A stretch of 64,000 nucleotides of DNA. Origin: Felis catus (taxonomy: Eukaryota). How positions within the stretch are numbered: the first letter of the stretch is position 1; every line of letters starts with the position of its first letter. Of this stretch, positions 51,150 to 62,196 are shown piece by piece. Both the position numbers and the translations under genes were made by a program. Location of the stretch: the NCBI RefSeq assembly GCF_018350175.1, contig NC_058368.1, positions 178,314,001 through 178,378,000 of the forward strand, in the 5' to 3' direction. The notes below the pieces were generated by a model. It ran no database searches and had not been told where the DNA came from. It was given only the letters and a program-made list of their open reading frames with translations.

Positions 51150-51760
51150 CTCACTAGGCTCTAGTCACATCTGCCTCTGTTCCTCAACATAACAAGCTTA
51201 TTCTAATCTCAGGGCTTTGCTGTTGCTGGTCCTTCTGTCTGGAATCTCATTCTCCCAGTGTGCTCACAACTATCCCTTTCTCAATATTCACATTTTAGCT
51301 CAAACATCCTCTCCTCACAGAGATTCTCCTTGACCAGTCTAAGTAGACCTCTTCCCTCCTCAATCCCCTTTATCTTTTCCATGACATTTATCACTTTTTG
51401 AAATTTGTTTGTTTGTTGTCCATCTCTTCTACTTTTTTAAAAAATTGTTTTAATGTGTATTTATTCTTGAGAGAGAGTGCAAGTGGGGGAGGGGCAGAGA
51501 GAGAGGGAAACACAGAATCTGAAGCAAGCTCCAGGCTCTGAGCTGTCAGCACAGAGCCCGACATGGGGGCTTAAACTCATGAACTGTGAGATCATGACCT
51601 GAGCCGAAGTCAGACACTTAACCGACTGAGCCACCCAGGCACCCAATCTTCTTCTGCTTTAAGATACCTTATCGGTTATGTTCATTGCTGGGTCCTCACT
51701 GCCTAGAACATAGCCTGGCATACAGTAGGCATTCAACAAACATTTGGTGAATGAGTACAT
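51150..51760 (+). mobile_element. L2 3' end interrupted by a Can-SINE
   Basis: ctcagggctttgc..ttgctggtccttctgtctggaat...ctcaaacatcctctcctcacagag...gcctagaacatagcctggcatacagtaggcattcaacaaacattt. Confidence 0.75.
51436..51644 (-). mobile_element. Can-SINE
   Basis: Head ends gagccacccaggcaccc; imperfect TSD atctcttctacttt (51422-51435) and atcttcttctgcttt (51646-51660). Confidence 0.95.
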
Positions 51761-52051
51761 GCACCGCTTTCCCCAGTATCATGTGTCCAAGGTAACCAGC
51801 ACTAGCTCTGGGATGGTTCTTTCAATGTCCTCTCATCTGTGGCACTCATGACCCCTGTCTAGCTTTCTGCCATTCTCAGCCCCACCCCCCTCAGTACTCA
51901 CTGCTGTCTGTGAGGTTCCTCTAGCTGTCTTTCCTCCCTTCTCCTTCTGTTGGTTCCGTGGAGGTGGGAACCTTTTAGTCCACCAATGGGTCCCCCAGTG
52001 TGTGGAGCAGTTCCTGCCTAGCACATAGTAGGCACTCAAGACATACTTGCT

Positions 52052-52280
52052 GGGGCGCTTGGGTGGCTCAGTCGGTTAAGCATCCAATTTTGGTTCAGGT
52101 CATAATCTCAAGGTTTGTGGGTTCGAGCCCCACCTGTGTTGGACTCTGTGCTAACAGCTCAGATCCTCGATCCTGCTTCGGATTCTGTGTCTCTCTCTCT
52201 GTCCCTCCTCTGCTCACGTTTTCTGTCCCTCACTCAAAAATAAATAAATAAACATTTTAAGAAATGTAAAAAAAAAAAAA
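52052..52280 (+). mobile_element. Can-SINE
   Basis: ggggcgcttgggtggctcagtcggttaagcatcc...aataaataaataaacatt, poly(A); degenerate TSD aagacatacttgct and aaaacacccttgct. Confidence 0.95.
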
Positions 52281-52324
52281 AAAACACCCTTGCTGACTGA
52301 GTGGATGATACAATACACACTTTA

Positions 52325-52710
52325 TCCTAACAATTCCACATCTAGCAGTCTGTCCCAAAGAGGTAATCAAACCTGTACAAAATTGTTCACTGAAACATTT
52401 TTTAGGATAGCAAAAAATTGTAAACTATTTAAAGTTTGCTGAGAAGGGACTGATTACAAAAGTTGCGATGTAGAATAATATGGGATTTGCAGCGAGTATA
52501 AATGAAGCCATTGATTTCTGTGCATTTAGGTGACTTCCAGCTCTTTTTCGCTGCTGTAAGTAACACTGCATTGGACATCCTTGTTCTCAAATACATTTGT
52601 TCATCTCTGATGTCCTTGGGATAAATCTCTAGAATTTAAATTATTGGGTCATTTGGTATGAACTCTTTAAAAAGTCTTACCAAATACACCATGCTGCCCC
52701 CAAAATCAAT
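52325..52710. mobile_element. Two very old L1M(E)-like fragments in opposite orientation
   Basis: acaattccacatctag...tgttcactgaaacatt..atagcaaaaaattg (+), then tttaggtgacttccag...aacactgcattggacatcctt...ggataaatctctaga..aattattgggtca (-). Confidence 0.5.
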
Positions 52711-53809
52711 CAACAAAGTTACTTACAGCACCTGAGAGAACACTGTTTTTTTATTTCTTTAACCCTTTTAAATCAAATGAAAACAGTATTGGCCCAGAGC
52801 ATAATTAACAAGCAAGACATTTTCTATGAAAAGATTCAGTTAGAATGAAGACAAAGGCATCATATGAGCTCTGACATTCACATGCAACAGACACATAAAT
52901 GGATTTCTCATAGGCTCCAGCTTTTGACTCAATGTATCCAGGCAACAGAAGTCTGGATTTAATAACAGATGTTCGCTGCATAGCAATCACCATATAATGC
53001 CAGGGTAGACTAAAACAGCATTTTATCAACCAATAAATGTGCTGTTTGCTTTATTTTACCATGTTGTTCTTCAGTTGCCTTCAAAACCGAGAGGACAGAT
53101 TGAGTCACTCGGCATCTGCTGGGAGCAATATGCTTGGCTTCATTTAAAATGAAAAATCAGGTCTGTGTTTACATTTTTCACCAAAGCTTGGGATCTGATG
53201 TGCTAACACTCCCAACTGGGCTAGCCGGAAGGGCTTTCAGGAAAATCTCAGGGAAATGGGACCAAAGTGGGGAGTCAGTCACCCTTCTGGGAAAGACATA
53301 TGGTGGCCCATCCACTTTAATCAGCCCCACCAGAGGGAGGTCCAGGTTTCCCCCACGGATAGACCAGTGTGGGCAAAAGGACCCCTGCTGGGCTCCTTCC
53401 CACAGCCAGCAGCTTTGATAACCAGACTCTACTTTCAAAAGGCCAATCACCCCGCAGCATTTGAATAACAATCTATGTGTAACCTGTAAATTGACGGAAT
53501 AAACACACATAATTTTCTGAGGGAAAATGCTGCCAAGGTGGTAGCAAAGAAGAATGCCATTTGAGTCTGCCCCCAGTTGATGAGATGAAGCTGGGGAAAA
53601 GAGAACGAAGCTAACGTGTCAGGCAAGGTGCTACGTGCCAACTATCAGGCTTTTTATATGTAATCTTATCTAATGATCACCACATTACCTTGTGGTAATA
53701 CTGTTTGTCCTCACTCTAGTGGAGGAGACAGAAGCTTGAAGACTTAAACTCACTGGCCCAAGCAGCTAATGCATAATGTGGAATGGTGGCAGGCTGTGGT
53801 TAGATGGCT

Positions 53810-54232
53810 CTGGGTGACTTCCGAGGCTAGATCACGAAAGGCAATACAGCTGCTACCTTTGTTGCTGGAATGCTTGTTTGTGAAGCCTTTAGACTGTTCT
53901 TGAAGCAATCCAGCTGCCTTGAAACCACCATCTACTGTGAGGCCCAAACCAGAAGCCTATGGAAGAGCTTACGTAGAGAAGAAACAAGCTTCCTGCCGGT
54001 AGCTCTCAATCAACAGCCAGCCCCAATTTACCAACCACATGAGTGAGCCAGCTTGAAAGTGGATCCTCCAGACCCCAACTGAATTATCCCAGCTGACTGC
54101 ACATGGAACAGAGACAAAGTATCCCTACCAAGGCCTGCACAAATTACAGGCTTGTGAAAAAACAAATTATTTTTATTGTTGTAAGGTATTACATTTGGAA
54201 TGATTTGTTACACAGCAATAGCTCACTGGTAC
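53810..54232 (+). mobile_element. MaLR LTR (MLT1F/G/H-like)
   Basis: gtgacttccgaggctagatca..aaaggc...catgagtgagcca.cttgaaagtggatcctccag...atggaacagaga...tgatttgttacacagcaatagctcactggtaca. Confidence 0.75.
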
Positions 54233-54598
54233 ACTGGGGAGTTCAGAAGATGATTTAAAGAGCTCCACGTACTCTCTAATTTTCAGTGCCTGGGTAAAAC
54301 TTTTCAGCAAAGAAAAAAGATGTTTTCTACGTAACAGTTGTAATAAAGTGAATTGTTAAGACGAAAGACCACTTGTCGTTAGTTGTCTCTCTCACTTCAT
54401 TGTCCAACCCCACACATATGCTTCTAAATGCATATTGAGAAAAACTGCAGGCTCTCTTTGTCCAAAAGGGAAAGGAGGCTGAGTGGGTGTAAAGGAAGCA
54501 GGCAGAAGGACTAAGTGAGGGGAAACTTTGAGCCACTCTGCATAGCAGAGCCTAAGGGATGGACAGTGGAAATCAGCACACTCAAATACAGGGTAGAT

Positions 54599-54829
54599 GG
54601 GGCATGTGGGTGGCTAAGTTGGTTGAGCGTCTGACTTCGGCTCAGGTGATGATCTCATGGTTCATGGGTCAGAGCCCTGCATTGGGCTCTGTGCTGACAG
54701 CTCAGAGTCTGGAGCCTACTTGGGATTCTGTCTCCCTCTCTCTCTGACCCTCTTCTGCTCGTGTTCTGTCGCCTTCTCTTCAAAAAACAAACATTAAAAC
54801 AATTTTTTAAAATAATAATAATACTAAAG
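54599..54829 (+). mobile_element. Can-SINE with perfect 15-bp TSD
   Basis: caaatacagggtaga at 54583-54597 and 54830-54844; head ggggcatgtgggtggctaagttggttgagcgtctgacttcggctcagg. Confidence 0.95.
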
Positions 54830-55619
54830 CAAATACAGGGTAGACACAGGAACAATGTTAACAAATATTTAACCACCACCCTAAAATGAGAACCTGGTTC
54901 CAGCTTAAGCTTAGGGTTCTTATTTGATAATCCCCTCTCCCCTCTGATGTGGAGACCTTCCCAAATACCTAAGATAGAATTTTCTAGCAGGGTGGCAGGT
55001 GGCAATTTAGAACAGATTACACTGATTTAAAGATACAATGTAATTGATATTTCTTACATCCACTTTTTCCTGCTTAAACTTGAGTAACATATGCCCTATT
55101 AAAGGGGAAAAATTTTAATGTGTTGATTTAACTTATTTTTATCATAAAGTTACTTAATATAGACACACATAAAGCTAGGTATAAAATCCTTATGCTTATA
55201 GCCCTTATTGAGCTATAAAACGGAAACAAATTTCCAAATTAAACACATATAAGACTGCAAAACCAATAAACTTCAAATTAACAACATTAGTTTAATGCAA
55301 GGTAGTTTGGCTGAAAGTGAATTGCTGTTTGCAGTGCGATTGTGGTGTGGAGTTGACATTTTCTTACATTGTGCTTCAGCCTGCCTGTCTCTCTTATGCG
55401 ATGAGGGCTCTGACAGCGCCTCTCTCCCGGAACTGCTAGAAAATTGTTTTTGTTCACAGACAGGTGCTTTAGGTACCTAAATCCTTCGCTCTTTCTCCTT
55501 CCTTATTCTCTCATGACAGTAAAAGTAAAAACAAACAAACAAAACCCCCCGAATAAATAGGGTACCCAGCTCAGCTGGAAGCAAATGTCAATATGGATTG
55601 TAAAATCACACTGCATAGA

Positions 55620-55959
55620 CGAAGCGTTGGTAAACTTGTTCCGTCAAGGGCCAAAGAGTCAATGTTTTCTGCTTTGCGGGCTGTATGGTTTCTCTTCCAA
55701 CTACTCAACTCTGCTGTCTTATTGCAAAAACAGCCATAGATAACTTGCAGGCAAATGAGTGTTGCTGGGTCTCAATAAAACTTTACTTACAGACATTGAA
55801 ATCGGAATTTCACACAATTTTCAAGTATCATGAAATATTCTTCTTTTGATTTTCTCCCTAATGATTTAAAACTGTAAAAACCATTCTTAGCTCCCAGGGC
55901 CTACAGAAACAAGTTGGGCATTGATTTGCTCCACAGGCTGTATAGTTTGTGGACTCCAG
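55620..55959. mobile_element. MER58B-like hAT-Charlie DNA transposon
   Basis: gttggtaaact...aagggcca...caactactcaactctgc...aaaaacagccatagataa...caataaaacttta...gaatttcac..aattttca...atattcttcttttgatttt...aaaaaccattcttagctc...tagtttg. Confidence 0.85.
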
Positions 55960-56039
55960 GCACAGATTGTTACAGGTGGTCATGACAGATAATCGAGAAT
56001 ATTAAAGTGATGTTTAAATTATTCTTATTTAAATGCAAA

Positions 56040-56265
56040 TTTTTATTTTATTTTATTTTTTAATGTTTTTTTTATTTTTATTTTTGAGAGAGACAGAGCA
56101 TGAATGGGGGAAGGACGGAGAGAGAGGGAGACACAGAATCTGAAGCAGGCTCCTGGCTCTGAGCTGTCAGCACAGAGCCTGACGCGGGGCTTGAACTCAC
56201 AAACTGTGAGATCGTGACCTGAGCCGAAGTTGGACATCCAACCTACTGAGTCACCCACGCACCCC
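56040..56265 (-). mobile_element. Can-SINE with TSD
   Basis: taaatgcaaa at 56030-56039 and 56266-56275; standard SINEC_Fc body. Confidence 0.95.
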
Positions 56266-56295
56266 TAAATGCAAAAATTTAAATAAAAATCAGTT

Positions 56296-56330
56296 ATCGC
56301 TTTTCGGCCTTTTGGCTAAGATCAAGTGTA
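56296..56330 (+). pseudogene. 3'-truncated U2 snRNA retrocopy (nt 1-35)
   Basis: ATCGCTTTTCGGCCTTTTGGCTAAGATCAAGTGTA matches U2 nt 1-35 at 34/35; perfect TSD taaaaatcagtt at 56284-56295 and 56329-56340. Confidence 0.95.
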
Positions 56331-56878
56331 AAAATCAGTTTTCTTGGAGAATTCACAGACCTGGGGAGTATTTCCAAGGATTTGAGTTTGAGAGGCACGG
56401 CTGTAGAGTATCCACGCATATGTGGATACGAGCAAGCTCCAGGCATATTCAACAGAAATGTAAGAGCTGGTGGAATAAATCTCCTCAGTCCTCCGCAGCA
56501 TCTTCCTCCCCAACCCCTAGCACAGGTGACATATTAGGGGCGTAACAAAAGTCCCAGCAGCACCCTAGACCACCCACAGAAGTATTGTAGTAACTAGAGT
56601 TTCTAAAAAAAACAAAACCACCTGTCCTTTCCCGGACAGCTTGAAAAAGACTGTGTGGTCCATGCTGCAGCTGGACTTATGAAAACAATGCCTGAGCTGA
56701 GGCAGGAGCCATGAACACCGAGCTGGCCTCTGCTCTACCGCTTGTTAGTTGTGTGCCCTTGGGCTTAACCTCTCTCTGCCTCATTTATTTTGTGTGTAAA
56801 ATACTCATGCCGCTGTCCAGGCTCCTTATCCTCCCCCTCCCCAAATACATTATGAGGTGTTATAAAGCTTAAATAAGA

Positions 56879-57100
56879 GGGGCGCCTGGGTGGCGCAGTC
56901 AGTTGAGCGTCCGACTTCAGCCAGGTCACGATCTCGCGGTCCGTGAGTTCGAGCCCCGCGTCGGGCTCTGGGCTGATGGCTCAGAGCCTGGAGCCTGTTT
57001 CCAATTCTGTGTCTCCCTCTCTCTCTGCCCCTCCCCCATTCATGCTCTGTCTCTCTCTGTCCCAAAAATAAATAAACGTTGAAAAAAAAATTAAAAAAAA
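56879..57100 (+). mobile_element. Young feline Can-SINE with perfect 15-bp TSD, inserted in a MIR
   Basis: ggggcgcctgggtggcgcagtcagttgagcgtccgacttcagccaggtcacgatctcgcggtccgtgagttcgagccccgcgtcggg with most CpGs intact; TSD aaagcttaaataaga at 56864-56878 and 57101-57115. Confidence 0.97.
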
Positions 57101-58299
57101 AAAGCTTAAATAAGAAAGGAAGTGTGATGTGCCTGGCATAATACCTGGAACATAGTAAGCATTCCATAGATAGTGGCCATTAATTGTCATAGTAATGCCT
57201 TTGTCCGATAGTTATTTGAGCTTCCCTGAGTCCATTGGTAAATGGGGGTATGGGGCAGTCTCAGTCTCAGGGGTTAAATGAGGCAACATAAAACACTGGG
57301 CAGCACACACATGCCTCAAGCAATCATCAGCTCATCCCTGGGACTTGCATTTGTTCCAGAGGCCAAGTCTCGAAATGAACACTTCTGTTCCAGTCAATAA
57401 CATTGTACAACTTGTGGTGAAAACAGAGAGGTGATTAATCATTGAAACCGGAAGCACTTGATCCTATAGCAGAGAGGAAGCGGGAACAATATGAGTGATT
57501 TGGGCGCTCCTCATTCGCCTTGATCTTTTTAAGCACTGCCTGGTTGGGTTATAAATATTTTTCCTTTGGTGTGGGGGTTTCTGAAGCTTCAAGAAAGCAC
57601 CGTGAACATAAGAAGGGAGTGTTTCGGTGTGCACAACCCTAAGCGTTGCTTGGATTTGGGTGTTGGGGTCCCACTTGAGTCCATCTGCAAGGCGATTTTC
57701 TCTACTCAGCAGGAAAACGTATGCAGGAGTTGCAATCTAAGAACCCAAACCTCTCAGCAGATGTTTTATTTGGCTTGTTTATTTTGTTTTTGCTTGCGCG
57801 TATGCGTGTGTGTATGTAATTGAGACAACTCTTAAAAATTGGGATATTATACATGCGGTCTATTTCTAGCTTTGTTTGAAAAGGCAGGAGATGTGGTCAC
57901 ATTCCCCGGGGCAACAGCAGACTGGGGGTGAGAAACATCTGTCCCTTTAGATGGGACCTGTGCACCTCCATTCACCACAGTGCCCCCCAACTTCCTGTCA
58001 TCTTTCCAACAAGTAGACTGCCTGGGTCATCATTTATTACTGTGCGTGGGGTGCTATTCATCTTACAGTACAGACACAGTTCTCTGTATTCACATCTCTA
58101 TTAAACGTGGGGAAATGAAAGATAGATCAAGAGGGATGCATTTTTCAAGGAAAATGATGGAATACATATTTTCTTGTGATATGAAGAATATGCCTCTAGA
58201 TTTTGTATGCAAATGGCCAACTCTGTTCACTTGCATCCCTCGTCTGGCCCAGAGCTACAGATTCTGCCTGATTCCCTAAACCTCCAGTCTCATTATTTC

Positions 58300-58800
58300 T
58301 ATAACTCACTCAGCTACTGTCTACCGAGTCCCTGCTCTGCACTGGGCACCATGCTTGGTCCTCGACTACAGTGGGGAATCAGGCAGTCGTGCCTTCTGTC
58401 CCCTTGCAGCCTGGCCAGCCAAAGGAATCCCAACAACGCAAACAGGCCATCCCAACAAAGAGCTGGCTGCTGTAACAGGAGGAAAGCCATAGCTGTATCT
58501 GTTGGGGGGAAAACACCTAATTAGGAGTCAGCAATCTTTCCAGGAAGAACTGATGTTTCAGCTGAGACCTGGAAGGTGAGACAGAGTGAGATGGTCCAGG
58601 CCTGGGGAAAGCATGTGCAAAGGCAGGAAGGCATATGAGAGCTGGAGGAAGCTGAGTCTTGTTGGAGTATGCAGCACGGAGCTGAGTGGGTGGGAGTACT
58701 GTCCAAAAAGGATTCTGGGGAGGTGAGCAGCAGCCGGGAGGTGATGCACAGACTATTGGAGAGTGTTAGGGGTTCCCTGGTGGGGTGGGGTATGAAAAAC
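58300..58800 (-). mobile_element. L2 fragment
   Basis: ctaccgagtccctgctctgcactgggcaccatgct...ttccaggaagaa...tttcagctgagacctggaagg...aaagcatgtgcaaaggc. Confidence 0.6.
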
Positions 58801-59532
58801 ATGGATAAATCCCAGTAGCCACAGGAGAACAGGAGTCAGCCGGAGCCCATAAAATAACCCTGCAGGGGAGGAGAGGGAGGCGAGCAGGCCGGGCAGACAG
58901 TGCGGGCTTGGTAAAGGGAGGCAGGGCACCTAGGGCAGCAGCGGTCCCCTGCACAGAGGGGTGATCGAGGGACAGAGGACACAGTGCAGGTTTCAGAGCT
59001 GGCCAGGTCTGGCCGTGTCACTTTCTGATGGGCCTTGCATTTTGTAGCCTCAGTATTTGTAAGTGCCTCCCTGACTTGCTGTGAGGGCTGAATGGGACTA
59101 AAAGTACCCAGCACTTAAGGAGAACATAGTAAAAAAGCCGATTTTCAATTGATTTTGGTGCGCAGTTTAAAACCCGATGCCTAACCTGGGGTGACTTAGC
59201 TTTCCGTCTTCCCACAAGGCATCTCCTGCTCGGTGCCCCCACCTGGGAGGAGCCCTCCCCAGTGCCTGCCATCTGTCGCTGGCGCTCCAGTGCTGACCTG
59301 GAGCCTGGCACAGGGCTGCAAGGATAATTACCACTTCTGAATCGATTCCTTCGAGCCCTTGTGAGCAGGCTGAAAAATGCTGTGATTAAAATGATTAAAA
59401 ACCTGCCTCCTATTTCACAGCTTTTAATATTTGATAAGATTTTGGAGAGAGGAATAAGAACAAGGCATGAGATCTGGCAGTTTACAATCCCAGCTTCCAG
59501 CCCTCTCAGGAACCTATCGGGGCACTGAAAAG

Positions 59533-59612
59533 GGGAGAGAGAGAATGACAGCCAGAGAGAGAGAGAGACAGAGAGAGACACAGAGACAGAAACAGAGAGA
59601 CAGAGAGAGAAT
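59533..59612. repeat. GA/GACA-rich microsatellite
   Basis: gagagagagaatgacagccagagagagagagagacagagagagacacagagacagaaacagagagacagagagaga. Confidence 0.9.
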
Positions 59613-60537
59613 GAGTGGATATGAGGAAGGATAAACCGGTGTGCATTCTCCAAGGGAGAAAAGCATAGAAAGAAAAGGAGATGAGATCTTCATTCTTCCA
59701 GGTTGTTCATGGTCTTGAATGCCAGTAATAATTAATATTATTATTATGAAAATAATGAGGAGAAGAAGACTATAGCTTCCATTTGTCAGGTATACATGCA
59801 AAGCACGTATGTAAGGAATATATGTCCTTGGATTTTCCCAATGATTGTTTTCCCCTAATTGTATAAAAAACAGAGGCTCAGAGAGATGAAGTGACTTTTC
59901 TGGTATCACTCAGCCAGTTACTGGGAAGAGCTGAAATCCATACTGGATCAGCTGGACCCAGCACCCTACCACGTACAGCACTGTGGGACATAAAGCAGAA
60001 ATGAGAAAATGCTGCAGAAAGTAGGGGACCTTCGATTGCTTTCTGTCCCCATCCGTGACAGCTGTCTTTGGAGAGAACAGCTCCAGTGGTCAGATATCAA
60101 ATGCCTGCTTTTACTCTTTCTGTGACAGCAGCTCATTCTAAGCCTCTCTTCATATTATTTTCCTTCCTTTCATCGAATCTTGATTACTCTGCTGGAGTGT
60201 AAGTTCACTGAGGACAGCTTCTCTGTCTTGGTTAAAATAATAAGCCTAACAAAGCTAACCCTGGGCTTGAGGCTTCCCAAAGTGAGATCTGGGAGGACAC
60301 AGAATGTCTGCCAAGAGTGTCATGAAGAGGTCAGGGTTAGAAAACCCAGTCAGTGAAAGTCCCTCTTCTTCTGTGCCTTGGGGACAGATTTCGGGGAGCT
60401 CAATCAACTGGGTCAGAATGGGCTCCTTAGAGAGAGCCAGAGAAGTTGATTTGTTCTCTGAATTTTGGGAATGTTCCAGGTTACCTCGAAAGAGCTCTAT
60501 CTCTATCTTTCTGAGGTCACCCCAGGCTGCAGGGAGG

Positions 60538-60573
60538 TGTTGGTGAAAGGGTCACTGTTGGTGAAAGGGTCAC
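60538..60573. repeat. Perfect 18-bp tandem duplication
   Basis: tgttggtgaaagggtcac x2. Confidence 0.95.
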
Positions 60574-61107
60574 AGGGTTGCAGCAATTGGCTGCTTTCCA
60601 CCTTTAGAGGGAAGGGATACACTGGAGCCCATTCTGAGAAGGGTCACTCAATAGTGCACAGAGTAGAAAAACCATCCTGATCTAGAGAAGGAGGCTGAGT
60701 GGGTTAGCCACTGAGAATTCCAAATGGGATGCAGTGTGGGAGAGGAAATAAACAAGTCTGGGCAGTGTCAGAGAAAGAGCCCAAACCAGGAAGATATTAG
60801 CTCAACACAGGTAGGAATGTTCTAGCTACAGCGGTCTGTGAAAGGAGTCACGTACCTCTGGAGGTGGTGAGCTGGCCACCATTAGAAGTGTGTGAGCTAA
60901 GGCCACTTATTGGGGATGTTGTATAGGGTACTTAAGCCTAAGGAGGGCATTTATGAACTTTAAGATCCCTTTCAAATCTCAGTAGTGTAGTAAACACAGA
61001 ACAGAAATCAATCTCTGTTCCTCCACATAATTTCAGCATGCAGCACGTGTCTGAGACATACCAACTGCCAGGAAATGTGTGTTGAGTGAATGAATGATTC
61101 TCTGCAA

Positions 61108-61152
61108 CAGATATGCACCAAAGTGTTCAGAAACACCAGAATCATGTTCCAA
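61108..61152 (+). repeat. Dispersed 45-bp direct repeat, copy 1
   Basis: cagatatgcaccaaagTGttcagaaacaccagaatcatgttccaa; 43/45 identical to 63484-63528. Confidence 0.95.
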
Positions 61153-61284
61153 TGATCCAACTGGATCCAATGATCCAACACGATCCAATGATCGTGTTCT
61201 ATAAAAGATTATTGGAATTGTCTTCCAATAATAAAAGCCACAAAGGCTATAGTTCAGGTAATCCACCATGGTAACCTCCTTTAC

Positions 61285-61420
61285 TGCTCCCGTTTTATAG
61301 ATGAAGGAACTGAGGTTCAGAGAGAGGCAGTAACCTACTAGAGGTTACACATGTAGAAGGTGGCAGAGCAGGGATTAGGACCTACCTGGGTCTGACTTCA
61401 TAGCCCATGCTCTACACACC
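61285..61420 (-). mobile_element. MIR SINE
   Basis: cccgttttatagatgaaggaactgaggttcagagagaggcagtaacct...ggcagagcagggatt...gtctgactt. Confidence 0.75.
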
Positions 61421-62196
61421 AGGGCTGCCCTGACCCTGGATGCAAACCTCACCTTAGGCCCAGGGCAGCTCTTCAGTGAGACTCTGCCTGGTGCCTGTAG
61501 TAAGGAGTGTTTCTGTGGTCAAAACAGGAGGTGTGGCATGAGCAGCTGCCCCCACAGTCAGTTTTTCTGGATGGTTTGCATGTTCCTGCTTGCAGATTCT
61601 TGGCTAGGTTTTTGCTTTCCTAGAGAACTCTCTCTCTGGTGGCCTCTTCCTCCTTCTCAGGACTCTCCCCACTACCCCTGCTTTCAGCCATTGCAGATCA
61701 CGTCCAACCAGCAGCCCGCCCTTGACTTTTAGGGCTCAGGATGGAATTTTAGATCTCACAGTCCGTTGATGGCCCCTGGCAGTGAAGCACTCAGGCCTCT
61801 TGGCTTTATTCAAACTTCTGTCCAGAATGGCATTGCCTTGACCCACAGCCAACACGCTCACTTCCCATCCAAACTTGGACCAAGTCTGGCTCCTTGTCGA
61901 CAGCCTTTCTTCCTGGCTCTGGCTCCAACTGCCCTTTCCTCATTGCTTCTTGATCTTTGCTTCTTTGATGATTAGAGCCCAACCTTCTGTCTGAGCTCAG
62001 AAATTCCTTTACACCTTCTGACTTCTTGCCTGACCTCCTGTATGATCTCCTAATCTGACTGATCTCTTACCCTCCTTGTGTCCTCTTAACTCAATCTCTA
62101 GTCTGACCTCTTTTTCTCCTGACTTCCCATCTGATATTTGGTCTGGGCTCTAACTCTCTCATCTCCCGTATCCCGCTTCTTACTCATCCTTTAGAC

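Noticed and set aside
56296..56330. Functional U2 snRNA gene
   Set aside because: Only the first 35 nt are present, with no Sm site, 3' stem-loops or evident snRNA promoter; the TSD indicates retroposition.
56879..56960. tRNA-like sequence with A and B boxes
   Set aside because: It is the tRNA-derived head of a Can-SINE, followed by the CT linker, A tail and TSD; not a tRNA gene.
56850..57190. ORFs reading FFFNVYLFLGQRETEHE or MAQSVKHPTLAQV (also at 4166, 41328, 45177, 51461, 52000, 54559, 56043)
   Set aside because: These are translations of Can-SINE sequence.
59018..59653. Longest ORF (211 aa, minus strand)
   Set aside because: Runs through the GA microsatellite (SLSVSVSLS), shows no recognisable domain and has no splice or codon support.
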